Of a stretch of 64,000 nt of DNA, positions 35,531-47,958 are shown piece by piece (the stretch's first letter is position 1; every line of letters begins with the position of its first letter). Below the pieces are notes generated by a model. The model worked only from the letters and a program-made list of their open reading frames with translations. It made no database searches and was not told where the DNA came from. The DNA comes from Anolis carolinensis (lineage: Eukaryota). Both the position numbers and the translations under genes were made by a program. The stretch spans positions 90,683,971 to 90,747,970 of the forward strand of contig NC_085843.1 in NCBI RefSeq assembly GCF_035594765.1, given 5' to 3'.

Positions 35531-37105
35531 AATCATGAGAGGTGTGGTTTGGTGAGGCACCAGCACTATTTGACTATTCCCATAGCACAAAAATATGTCT
35601 GTTAAAGTGGTCTCAAACAGTTTTAATTCTACAATATAGATGCACTCAAAGTTCCAGTGTTATTATTTCAAGACTTTTTTCACCAGACTTCTTGCTCTTA
35701 AAAAAACAAAAACAAAGCATTTATATGTTTGGTACCTCACAGCTGATACACTGTTGGCTTAATATAGAAACGTGGAGGATTTGTTAAGTTTCAGTTCTCT
35801 AAAACAGTTTAAGCACATTTATAATTAAATGCAGTCAGTGGCATTACTCTGTTCAAGCTTCTTCTTGTTCTTCTTGTGGTACAGCTGTTGACCACTCCTG
35901 AGAACTCATTACCTCCATTTCTCTGAAAACTAGGGTAATATATTTTGTTAATCAGCTGCTCAGTGTGAAGTGAATGAAAAATAGCCACTCTTGCAGAAAA
36001 ACACTTCAGCGGCATTATTATTTTTTTAGGTTCCCATATTCAAATAATAAGATGCCAACAAGATAAGGGGAAATAATATTATATAATTAATGCAAGTTAA
36101 ACATTGGCTTTTTCTATTACAACTATCCTGTTGAGATTTAATTATAAGTCCCCACAAAATCCTTTTTATTTGTATCAACAGAAATGAATTTTAATTAAAG
36201 TTTGTACAGTAGTTGAACCTGAGCTGCCTTAGCACAATTACTTAGTGATTTGATAAATATATGCAATTACAGCATTCTATTGATATTAGGATTCTTAAAT
36301 TGTTTGCATGCACTTTTGTTATGAAGTTTTGTTTGAAATGATTGCCTACAACAAAAGCCAGTCTGTGGTTAAACACAGCCTAGCAGACAAAAGCCGCCCT
36401 GAGTCCCTTCGGGTGAGAAGGGCAGGATAGAAATGATGTAAACAAAAACAAAAAAAAATAGCAGTATTTGCTGAGCTGATATTAGGTGGAGGCCAAACTC
36501 ACCAGATTTCTGATTCTTTTATAGGGTGAGCTTCCCAAAACCTTCCCTTAAAGACCTAATTACTTAAGCACCTGTGTTATTGAGAAATTAGGCCCTCAAA
36601 TCATGAATTATATGGAATTACATAAAATAATAAACTGTGGTTACAATTGTAGAATCGTAGAATCACAGAATACAGTTGGAAGATACTACATGGGCCATTT
36701 AGTCCAACCCCCTGACATGCAGGAAAAGCACAATCGAAGTACCCCTAACACATTGCCATCCATGAGACCCAGCAGGCTGTTCCTTTGTCTCACTTCAATC
36801 TTTATCATAAATTCACCTTTGGAATGCCGGCCAGCTGCACCTAAGATTTTGTAGAATTCCTTCACAATAAACATGGAGATTGGGGGAAGCCTCTGAATGG
36901 AGGTACATCAGAGTGCTTCCCAAGCCCATTGATACATTTCTCAGCTTCATTGCAGAATTTCTCCCTATTATTCTTAAGAACTCCTGTCCCATTGATGAAT
37001 TTCCTACTCTCATTCACGAATTGTTGGGCTGCATTGATAAAATCAGAGTTATCTCTGCTTGGGAATCAGTGCCCAGGCTCCGGGCTGTTTCCCTATTTAC
37101 TAGAC

Positions 37106-39825
37106 CAGTGATTCCCAAAGTGGGCGTTACCGCCCCCTGGTAGGTGCTGCAGCAATCCAGGGGAGCAGTGATGGCCACAGGTGCATTTGGGGGCAATGAA
37201 TAATTGTAAGGGGGCAGTGAAAGCATAAAAGAAAGAAGATTTAGAAAAATTGATTTATGTATTCCACTCATAATGCTTAATTTTTCTTTGAACAACGTAC
37301 TGGATGTTGGCTCGGTCCCACATATTCCCTCACTTGCATTGAGATATGTGCAATCGCACACTGCTACTGTTCACGCGGTGCCACTGAATTGCTGTTCCAA
37401 AACACGTGAGCACTACGAGCATTGCTGCAGGCAACTGCCACTCATGGGATTGGTCGATCGCAAGGCCAAAGCCTGGAATGGCAGGGACAGTACTGGCTAC
37501 TGGCAGTACTACCAGCAGATTTTGGAGCACACTATGAATCAGGAGATTTCCCATAATTATTATGGGAAAATTACGGCGTAATATAACTTTAAGTTAGATC
37601 ATTGTGATATTGTGACAAGTTAAAGTTAACTAACAAATAGTGTGACTATAATTGGTGAGTATGTTATTTATTTTGTAATAATTACATGCGCTTTACAATT
37701 AATAATATCATGTTTATTTATTTCATTAGTATTTATTTTAGTTTGTTTTTTACAAAAATATTTCAAAAATTACAAAAAAAAATAATTAAAAATACCTCCA
37801 TAAAATTTTTAATTTTTCTACAGATAATAACGGTTCAACCAAAGAAAAAATGTAGACAATATAATATCGAATATTTGAAATATGGCTTTGTTGAGTCGCC
37901 TGTAAACAATACATTACCAATGTGGCTGATTTGCCAGAAAGTTTTATCAAACGAAGCTATGAAGCCTTTCAAACTACAAGAACATTTGACTAAAATTCAT
38001 GGTGATAAAAAAGATAGGGATTTATCTTATTTTCGAACACTAAAAGAAAAAATTATCAAACGACTGACAATGGCAACCGCAACCACACAAGATGGCGATG
38101 GCTTGCTTGCTTCTTACAAGATTTCGTTAATGATTGCCAAATCGGGAAAACGCCATACTATTGGTGAAGAACTAATTATATCGGCGATAGTGAAGTAATA
38201 CGTACTGTGCTACACAAGCCAGCATCTGATATTATCAAGAAAATTTCATTGAGCAATAATACAGTGCAAAGAAGAACTGATGAAATGGCTCAAGATGTTG
38301 AAGATTCATTGTGTGGCTATTTAAAAACATCTCAGTTTTCTATTCAACTTGATGAGTCAACTTTGTTAGGAAATGAAGCTTTACTTTTAGCATTTGTGCG
38401 GTTCACAAAGGAAGAACAAATTCGTCAAGAATTAATATTTGCTAAATATTTGCAAACTTTTACTAAAGGAGAATCAATATTTCATGCATTGGATGAGTTT
38501 TTTTTTAAAAGAAAAAGAAATACTTCTGAGTAATATCTTATCAGTAGCCACAGATGGTGCTCCAGCGATAGTAGGGTGCTACAGGGGTTTTCTTGCATAT
38601 TTAAAAAAGGAGGTGTTGAATGCATTCATAGTACACTGTATATGTACTAGCAACATCTAGTTGCCAAAAATTTAAGTGCACACCTACATAATTCATTACT
38701 ATATGAAATTAAAGCTATCAACACAATCAGAAGCAAATCATTGAATGACAGATTATTTAAACAGCTTTGTATTGAAAACGATGAAGAATTTAATCATTTG
38801 CTGCTTTATACAGAATTCTGTTGGTTGTGAAAGGGTGCCTGTTTAGATAGGTTTTATAATTTTTTAAACTCAGTTCTTGAAAGGTAAAAATGCTTTACGA
38901 TCCAATTTAATTCAATCCAAAAGTGACACCGCTTACTTGACCAACTTGCTTCAAAAATTTAATGAAAGCAATCTTCAGCTTCAAGGTGATAAACTGAATT
39001 TAATAAAAACAAAATCTTTTATTTCTGCATTTGTGACAAAACTTCTTATGTACAAATGAAATTTTGGAATAGGGGAATTCAGCCAGTTCCCAAATTTATC
39101 AGGAGCAGAAAAAAAAAAAAAGATGAAGACATACTTTCTTATTGTGAGCACTTGGATGCTCTCCATTCAGATTTTAATCAATGATTTCATGATATTTTGA
39201 AAATGAACATACCTGATTGGATTTTGAATCCTTTTTCAAGTGCAAACACGGAAGAATCGCCACAGTTACAAGAAGAACTGATGGAAGTAACTGATGAATT
39301 GAAATTTAAATTCAAAAGCAGCTACCAACAATTCTGTCTGCAAAAGGAGATCCCTAAGGCTTATCCAGAAATATGGGCTGTAATTCAAAAGTTCTTAATT
39401 GTATTTCCTTCAGCATATTTAGTGGAACGTGGATTCAGTTAACCAAAAAAAAAAAAAAGAGAAACCAATTGCAAATAGTCAATCCCGGTTATTTAAGATT
39501 ACTGCTGACGAAAATAGAGCCAAGGATTACTAAATTAGTAGCAGCATACCAGGTTCATCCTTCTCATTAAGATGATTTTGAATGTTTTAATTTTTTTATA
39601 TTACCTTTCTATTCTGAGTTCAAAAAATAGTTTCATAATTTCAAATTTTAATGTTTCTAATTTACACCTTTATTTACTATATTTTACAAAAAAGGTAGAA
39701 ACATTAACACATATATCTGTTTAATTGCTATTAATTTTTTTTTAAAAAAATTAATTTTCACGGGGTGCTGAGTAATATTTTTTCTGGAAAGGGGGCGGTA
39801 GACCAAAAAAGTTTGGTAACCACTG
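37106..39825 (+). mobile_element. Full-length degenerate hAT transposon (Charlie/Buster group)
   Basis: TIR cagtgattcccaaa / tttggtaaccactg, subterminal ccgcccc / ggggcgg, 8-bp TSD tactagac/gactagac with central TA. Confidence 0.95.
37821..39570 (+). pseudogene. hAT (Buster/ZBED8-like) transposase pseudogene
   Basis: BED-finger remnant RQYNIEYLKYGF...LICQKVLSNEAMKP.KLQEHL.K.H; catalytic FSIQLDEST, ATDGAPA, HC and YLVERGFS motifs; multiple stops and frameshifts. Confidence 0.93.
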
Positions 39826-42587
39826 GACTAGACTATTACTCCTGTTTATTGTGTACCCAGCACCCATCTATTGATTTTACCCGGGCTGCATCAATAAGTT
39901 AACCCTACACTGTTTTACATATTGATACACCACATTCCTTTTCTATCGTACTCCTCTTTGGGTACGACCAATAAAAGGACTGACACTTCAAATCAACAAA
40001 TAACAGTTTATTTGATTTCCCGCCACCACCAGGAGCCAATCATGGGAGTGCTCCATGGAGTCCTCAGCCAACAAGAGTACAGATTCAACCAATCAGACTG
40101 GCGCGGGCTTTCTGAACAGCTGTCAAAATGAAAAAAAAATGCTCTGTATGTTACATTGCATTATTTTAGTACTTTTGAGTACTTACTCTACTGCCATCCA
40201 CTTTGCATATTGGGAAAAAAGACATGTTTTTGCCTTCAAATCCCTGTTTTAATCTGGACTTCAATTAGTGAAGTGTGCCAGGCTTATAAACCCGCAATTT
40301 AGCAGAGCTGAAATCACATAATACCTGGCTCAAAATCTCCCCTTTAATTCAGTTGATGTAGCATGGAGTTCACTCATGTTTGCACTACTTCGACTTTTTG
40401 TAATCATGGTTTGCCTAATGTAGACATTTATTTATTTTTAGGGCATTGAATTGAGTTGTGTACCTCCTATTGGATAATGTGTTGTTGAAGGCTTTCATGG
40501 CTGGGATCACAGGGTTGTTGTATGTTTTCCGGGCTGTATGGCCATGTTCCAGAAGTTACTTCTGGAACATGGCCATACAACCCGGAAAACATACAACAAT
40601 CCTATTGGGCAGTTAAAAAAGAACTGGTTTTGATTCATGATCGCTATCATGCCTCAACTTCATTATTGTTAGGGTTACAAGCCTGCCTATTCAGCCCGCC
40701 CTCCCCAAGAATCTTCTTACAGGCAAACCCGAGTTAATCAAGTTTCTGACAAGGAAGCTCTTCACATTCTTGTTACAACTACTAAATCTTTTCCTCCTCA
40801 TCTTCCATCTCTCTCTCTCTGTGTTAGAACTGGGAAGATGATGGAGGATGATGAAATGCACACTTTAGGTACTTGGTTGCTGCAGCATATTGGTAGTAAA
40901 CAATGTAATGAAAGCTTGAGCTGGGAAACAATAAGATCTTATTCTATTATATGCCTGACTACAACAGGCAAGATAAACAGCAGCCACCTCCAGAATCACT
41001 TGTTGAGCATGGCTGAACAGAAAAATAGAAAAGATAGTGTCCCAAAGAAATGTGTTAGCATGTATGTTGTCTCCCAGTGCTTCAAGTTGAGGAGACTTCA
41101 ACTTCCAGACAACTTCCTCTATTTTAGAAAAGGAGATTATTATACCCAAAGAATCCCTAAACCATCCTGGCCACCTAGCTTCAGAATGTACACAGAGACC
41201 CAGAAATAGGCTGGTTACTACTGTGGCTTGTAGATCACTGCAACTCCACACACATATACATACACTGGTTTCACTCGGAGCTGCTCACTGAACCTAGTAG
41301 AACCTTAGTAGACAAAATTGACAGAGATTAACCCCCCTCCTTACCTCATCCAGAAGGGTCTTTGTGATATATATCAGGTCAGTTCATGCCTGCAAGATCA
41401 AGTGCCAAAATGGCAGCTGTTTTCCATTGATTGACCTGACATTTAGAAGCAGCATTTTCAATTCTGGAGGCTGTTGTGAAAGCTATCCAGGTTGAATTGG
41501 AAGACAGTTCTGGAGCAAGAAGCAACTTAACTTGCAATTTTATTAAGCTATTTTCAGTACAGACTAAATAGGAAGAACAATACCATCACCTCAATACCAA
41601 AATCATACTATATATAAAAACAAAGATAAGAATCCCATTGAATCATAATCCTAAAACCATTCACTACAAATTTATGAAAATATTTATATCCTACTATATA
41701 TGATAGTTTTTGGGTAGTATATAAATAAAATAATTGAAGCAATTTAAAACAATTTAAACTAAAATATAATATCAGTTGAACAGATGGAAAGTATACCAAA
41801 CAATTTAAAGACAAAAAAGTTTAAAATAATGTAAAGCACAATTTAAAGCCACGCACATGTCTATATCGGAATAAACCAATCTCCAAATCTTTCATAACCA
41901 TGATCTTCTTACATGGTATTAGAACAAAGACAGTGTCAGTACTAAATGGGTCTCTGATGTACAGTATGTGTGTCATAGCTGAGGTCTCAATGGTGTACAA
42001 AGGAGAAAATACCAGTAAACCTATGGTCTCGGGCAGGTGCACAAAGGGAGAAATGCTTCAAGCACTGAAGTTCCAGGCCATGTTTTGAATATCATAATGA
42101 GCATCCTGAATTCAGAAATGAATTGTACCGATAGTTAGTGAAATTCCTTCAAGACCACCATTGCGTGTCCTTATAGAGTTGTCCAGTCAGCAACCTAGCT
42201 TTTCAATTTTGAAGTATCAGAAGCTTCTGTTTCACCTTCAAGGGCATCCCAATATACAGTACATTACAGTAGCCGAATTCAGAGGTTACTCTCAGACTGG
42301 CTGGAATATACAAGACAAAGAAAGGCTATAGCTGGTAGACTAGTAAAAGTTAATCCCAATCTAAGATATGTGCACCACCTGGACAGAAGAGGATATAACA
42401 CCCTCAAGTTGTGTAGGTGCTCCATCATGGGAAATATAACTCCATCAAAGACAGAAATCTCTACTGCATCCAATAGGAATCACTTCATGTAGCTCAATGC
42501 TGTTATGCATGTATTTAAAGTTTGCAGTACTATGTTAGTTTTGTGAACTCTTTTAGATGATTATTCAGAGTGTCCAGTATAATTCGA

Positions 42588-42912
42588 AGCCCCGGTGGCA
42601 AAGTGTGTTAAAGCACTGAGCTGCTGAACTTGCAGACCGAAAGGTCCCAGGTTCAAACCCCGGGAGCGGAATGAGCACCCGCTGTTAGCTCCAACTCCTG
42701 CCAACCTAGCAGTTTGAAAACATGCCAATGTGAGTAGATCAATAGGTACCGTTCTGGCAGGAAGGTAACGGTGCTCCATGCAGTCATGTCGGCCACATAA
42801 CCTTGGAAGTGTCTACGGACAACGCCGGCTCTTCGGCTTAGAAATGGAGATGAGCACCAACCCCCAGAGTCAGACATGACTGGACTTAACGTCAGGAGAA
42901 ACCTTTACCTTT
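42588..42912 (+). mobile_element. Full-length Sauria SINE
   Basis: gccccggtggc...ggttcaaacccc head, Bov-B-like tail gagtcagacatgactgg, terminal (accttt)n. Confidence 0.9.
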
Positions 42913-43349
42913 TTTACCAGTATAATTCATACTGCACAAAGCTATTTATTGTCACTTTTCAACATCAACCTAGCAGTTTGAATAATGACTATGGGAAAAC
43001 CAAGCAATATGGACACCATGACTCGGCATTTTGTATGTTTTTAATCTGTTTTATCACATTTATATGTTTTAACTGTTTCATAATTAAATATGCTGTGTTT
43101 ATTGTTGTGTGTATGATGCAGCATCAAATTTTTGCTGTAGTTTGTAAGCTGCTCTGAGTTCCTTTAGGAGTGAGAAGGAGGAGGTATAAATATAGTAAAT
43201 AAAATAAATAAGCTAGATATGCGCAACATACAATATGTACCGCAAACATACCAAGAATATAAGGAGGATAGGAGTAGAGTATGGTTGAGAAGGATCTAAT
43301 TAATTTTGAGATTTTAATTTTGCATTAATTTCAAGCATGAAAAAAAGTA

Positions 43350-44822
43350 TCCTAATACCAGATTACCAGAATTTTATTTATTTACATCAGACTGTGGATT
43401 TATAAAGCACTTTCACAAACAGAGCAGGCTTCATTATTTCATTCATAGCTTCCATTGCAAACATAATTAAAAAAACAAGGTCTAACACATTTTAAATCAC
43501 ATTTATTCCTAGTAGTGCAACCCCAAACAGTATTGTTGGTTTGTACCTTCACTTAGTCCACTTAAGAATGTTAAATTTGCGGGTGGGGAATTACACATCT
43601 TCACAAAAAGTTAACATGGTTTCCACTACTGATTCTGTTATGTAGAAAAACTGGAATTAATTACAATTTTATAAAATTGGAACTGTAGCTATAATCTTAT
43701 AAAAATAATGTGATATCCTATATATTCCCAGAAACTGTTATTGAAACTGCCCATCCCAGAATTCCTTACAACACAGTAGCAAACACATGTGAAGACAGCT
43801 CACAAACAAGTGGTTTATAAGTTAATTTTAGATTTGTTTTTTAGCATTTGTCTGGGGAAAGAAGAAATTATTTGGCACCACCTCCATTTCCAAGACCCAC
43901 AGTACAGTGTACTCCCAGTCCAAATGCTTTGCAGTTTATAATAAAAGGCAACATATTCAGCCTGGCAAGATCTGTATTTTCTGCTGATTGCTAGAACACA
44001 TAGAAAAAATATACTACACTGTAATGTCCTGAAACTTTGTGAAAAGGGTATCGGTACCTGAATGACAGATTTGATTCTGAGTTTCACAAGTCACACTCCT
44101 GAGATTACATGCACAGTCTTGATACAACCTAACTTGCCTTTTATCATTACATTTATTGGCATGCTAAAACATTTGTCACCCAGAATGGCTGGCAAGAATT
44201 ATCCTACATTTCTCCTATGCATAAATATTCAGAAGTCATCATTTACATTGCACTTAATGAAAAGGCATTTATATTAAATATCCCACAAAGATTTAACATT
44301 CTTTGAATTTTCTGTTCTCAATATTATTTCCTAAATTACACATTCTGTAAAAGTGCAGCAATTTCACACAAGACAAACACAGTAAAATTTAGAGCAAGAA
44401 TGTTCCCTTTAGCTCCTAGTGCATACTGCTCTCATTCAGAACATTCATGCGCTGAAATCCCAAATTAGGTGAATTCATGCTTTAAAAGGTGTCACCATGC
44501 CCTTTCATTATACAAAATAATTGGCTAAATAATTATATGACTAACATTTTGCTATTGGGATTAGACTACACCATTCATTCCCCAATAAACCATTTTCTGT
44601 AATCATTTCGTGATTATATGACAGCAGTCTGAGGCATCTTCAAGTATAATGCAAACTGTATTCAAGAAGCTTTCATTTCTACTCACTTTAGTGTTATATT
44701 ACCTGTCCCACTTATAGTATTTGCAGTAAAAGAAAACAACATGGAAAACATTTGGTACATGTCTAGGGGACCTGGGAGGAATTTCAAGGAGGCATCTGAT
44801 GAAAGCCCATCAAAAGTAATAT
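43350..44822 (-). other. GK: Probable GK terminal exon / 3' UTR
   Basis: Strong acceptor (tgcatcttccctcttcag|ATATT) at 44822. About 1.5 kb of AT-rich sequence with no recognisable repeat follows, ending in AATAAA with a downstream U-rich tract. Confidence 0.5.
43373..43378 (-). promoter_or_regulatory. Candidate GK polyadenylation signal (AATAAA)
   Basis: tttatt on + strand; on the minus strand it is followed ~25 nt later by a T-rich tract. Confidence 0.45.
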
Positions 44823-46165
44823 CTGAAGAGGGAAGATGCACTTTTTTGCCTCTTTGTTTCCATTTCCGTCTCTTTATTCATTTACTGTACTCCATACAGA
44901 AAACAGCAAATAGTTGTGGATACAAAAACAAAAACAAAAAAGGAAAGGCAAAAGGGATTAAACTATGAACCAGCACAAAGACTGAGATATGTTGTGTCTA
45001 AGAGTGTGAGTAACAACAAAAGGAGAGAGAAGGACAGCGAGAGTTGGCAGTGATGTTTACTTTAGGACCCTCCCACCAATAATATAACAGTATGTCATTT
45101 TGAAAGTACTTTTATCCCAAATGCCACTGCCTGTTATTCCATCTCATTAAGATTCCAAAAACAACATTTGAAGCAGACTTTTAAACCAAATTAAACAGAT
45201 GGCAAAGTGTCCTGTTAAATTTCCCATAACTAGCTCCTCTACAACTGGAAAACAGAAAATTTAATTCTGGACTAGCCTAACCGGGAGAGAGAGTATTGGA
45301 AATGAATCTATCAGATCTTAATTCATGCCTTCACATTGTGGTCTCCTATTTCTTCTGTTTTCTGTTAATTTGCCATTATAGTACCTGCAATGCATGGCCT
45401 CCTTGCTGCTAGGTTCTTTGACTTGCCAATATATAAAGAAGCCTAAATATTTAAGAATATAAATGTGATTTTGGCAAATACAACCAACCATATTTAACCT
45501 AGAAGCTTGTGGCACTTACAGTATTTGGAGTCCTTTGGATTGATAAATAATGCACATGAAAAGAAAAGTAAAATAAATCATTATAGGTTTTTGTTTTTTA
45601 AAAGCACAGTTGAAGACATCAGCATTGAGTGAAGATCATGATACAAACCATTGTTGTTCCCTTCATCTCTATCAAGAGCTTGGCAGGACAATTATATGGG
45701 CAATTTCCAAGGAAGTGGAGAAAACCACTATGAGTTTACAGATGTGTACTTAATGCCAGGCCCTTGAATTATAATGATTTTGAAAAAGTACAGCTTTTCT
45801 TATTCCTATGTCAAAGAAGTGATCACAGATGAGGAAGCTAATCAAGGCTTCTATCCCATTACACAATTAAGCAGGGAACAGGTAGCAGCAATATTTTGTA
45901 TGTTCCTTATTCAAGTGTCCCTTAAATGTCCAATGATTTTGACAGTGGTCAAGTCAAAACAATGACATCACATTGGAAGAGAGTCCCCAATACTCTTCAT
46001 CTGTTGCAGTTTCCTGGAAATCTGTTAATGAGTCTCATTTACAGTAAGCTAGAAAAGAAGAGCATAACATTAGTTAATTAAATAGTTCAAAGCATGCTAT
46101 TTAATGCAATGCATTTATTCCTTTTTGTGGAAAGCTTTAACTATAATGTTGTTACCTGACAAATT

Positions 46166-46820
46166 CCAATACCTGCCTATAAGCTGCCGATCCCAATTCA
46201 AGGTGCAGTTGATGACCTATAAAGCCCTACACGACTCAGGCCCTGCCTATCTCCATGACTGCACCTCCCCCTATGAACCAGTGTGGGCACTAAGATCTGC
46301 TGAGGAGGCCCTCCTCTTGCTCCCACCACCATCACAAGCATGGTTGGTGCGGACAAGGGGGTGGGTCTTCTCGGTGGTGGCTCCCCGGCTCTGGAACGCC
46401 CTTCCTAGAGAAATCAGACAAGCTCCTTCCCTGTTTTCCTTCTGCAAGGAATTAAAACCTAGTGGTTCCTGCAGATCTTTGAGCAGGATTAGTCCTTGGC
46501 CCTCCCTTTTGACCCAGCTCAGCACTTTATTCACTACTGGCCCCAAGTCCTCCTGTTGCACAAGACTTGAATAGCACTTTATAGTTGGCCATTCCAACAT
46601 TGAACTCTGGGTCACTATAACCGGCCCGTAAATTGAATATTGTTACTAGTTTTATTTTTCATTGTTGTATTGTATACTGTGTATTTATGTTTATTACTTG
46701 TATAATTTTTAAATTGTTCTATAGTTCTGTTTTTATTGTGTGTATTGTATTATATTGTTTTTATCATGTTGGAAACCGCCCTGTCTCCTGAGGAGATAGG
46801 GCGGTATATAAAGAAAGTTT
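46166..46820 (+). mobile_element. L2 LINE 3' end
   Basis: LPISCRSQFKV..TYKALH..GPAYL...FSVVAPRLWNALP, followed by a 3' tail and trinucleotide microsatellite. Confidence 0.88.
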
Positions 46821-46846
46821 TGTTGTTGTTGTTGTTGTTGTCGTCG

Positions 46847-46892
<46 letters not shown>
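46820..46892 (+). repeat. Compound microsatellite (TTG)n(TCG)n(TCA)n
   Basis: Seen directly; tail of the L2 insertion. Confidence 0.95.
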
Positions 46893-47539
46893 AAATTCAG
46901 ACAATCCTAACTGAAGCGTAAGTTACAATAGCTGCAATCACTACCAAAACATGGAATGTTCTCACTTAGGGAATCATGTTACAATTGTCTTGCAGATGCT
47001 GGACCAGTAATCAATTTGTTTGCAAGCACAGTACAAACTGACACTGATGATCTTTGATTACTTTTCCTCAGATATGGAAAAGGCATGATGGAGAAAACAG
47101 AAAGGTGCACCAAAACTAGAGTTCATTGTATGGTGAAAATGTTTCTGCCCGGGCATTTCTTATGAACTGTACAAAGATATGAAAGCTGAGAAAAAAGGAA
47201 GAAAATCTGATAATAATAATAATAAAAAAAACAAGTTTTCCCACCCACAAGACATTTTGAAAAAAGGGGTTATGGAATATTTTCTCTATATACTCATATA
47301 TTTATTCCCTTAAAATGCCTGAGGAAGATTTGTATGTAAGAATATGCATAGTGCCATAATACTGCAATTCCCGGTCTTGGTTTCATTTTCAAAGTTTCTT
47401 TTGATGAAAACAAGTATTTGCTTGACACAATGGATTACCACATGTCATCGAAAGTATCAAAAGTAAACAAAAAGCCATAAGAAGCTGATTCCCATGCACA
47501 TCTACTTTTTCTAGACTTCTCCAGCTATTTGACCAAATA

Positions 47540-47958
47540 CCCTGTTTCCCCTAAAATAAGACATCCCCAGAAAATAAGACCTAGTAAAAGTTTTGCTGAA
47601 TTGCTAAATATAAGGCCTCCCCCGAAAGTAAGACCTAGCAAAGGTTTTGTTTGGAAGCAGGCCCACCAAACAGAACACCAGAGAATGCAGGATCGGTAAA
47701 TGTACGTACCATAGAGTGTTGTACATGGAAATAATGGTAGTAACAAGAAATTCTTGATAGGATTCACAGTTTGTCTGGTTATGCTGGTTTGTAATGACAA
47801 CTACTGTACAGTATATAATAAATGTTCATTTTTTTGTTCAACAATAAATGTGAATTCTTCTTCATGGAAAAATAAGACATCCCCTGAAAATAAGACCTAG
47901 AGGATCTTTGGGAGCAAAAATTAATATAAGACACTGTCTTACTTTCAGGGAAACACGG
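47540..47958 (+). mobile_element. Tc1/mariner (Tc2-like) MITE
   Basis: TIR ccctgtttcccctaaaataagac / gtcttactttcagggaaacacgg, TA TSD, repeated aaaataagac motifs. Confidence 0.85.

Noticed and set aside
36750-37105. Possible coding remnant flanking the hAT (continuing at 39826-39960)
   Set aside because: It looks like a heavily decayed LINE interrupted by the hAT; too degraded to assign a family or call a gene.
40838-41251. Overlapping 123/128-aa ORFs downstream of GK
   Set aside because: No recognisable domain or splice-compatible neighbours; treated as chance ORFs.
42588-42670. tRNA-like A/B boxes (also ~9510, 20500, 59314)
   Set aside because: These are SINE heads continuing into SINE bodies and tails; there is no complete cloverleaf.
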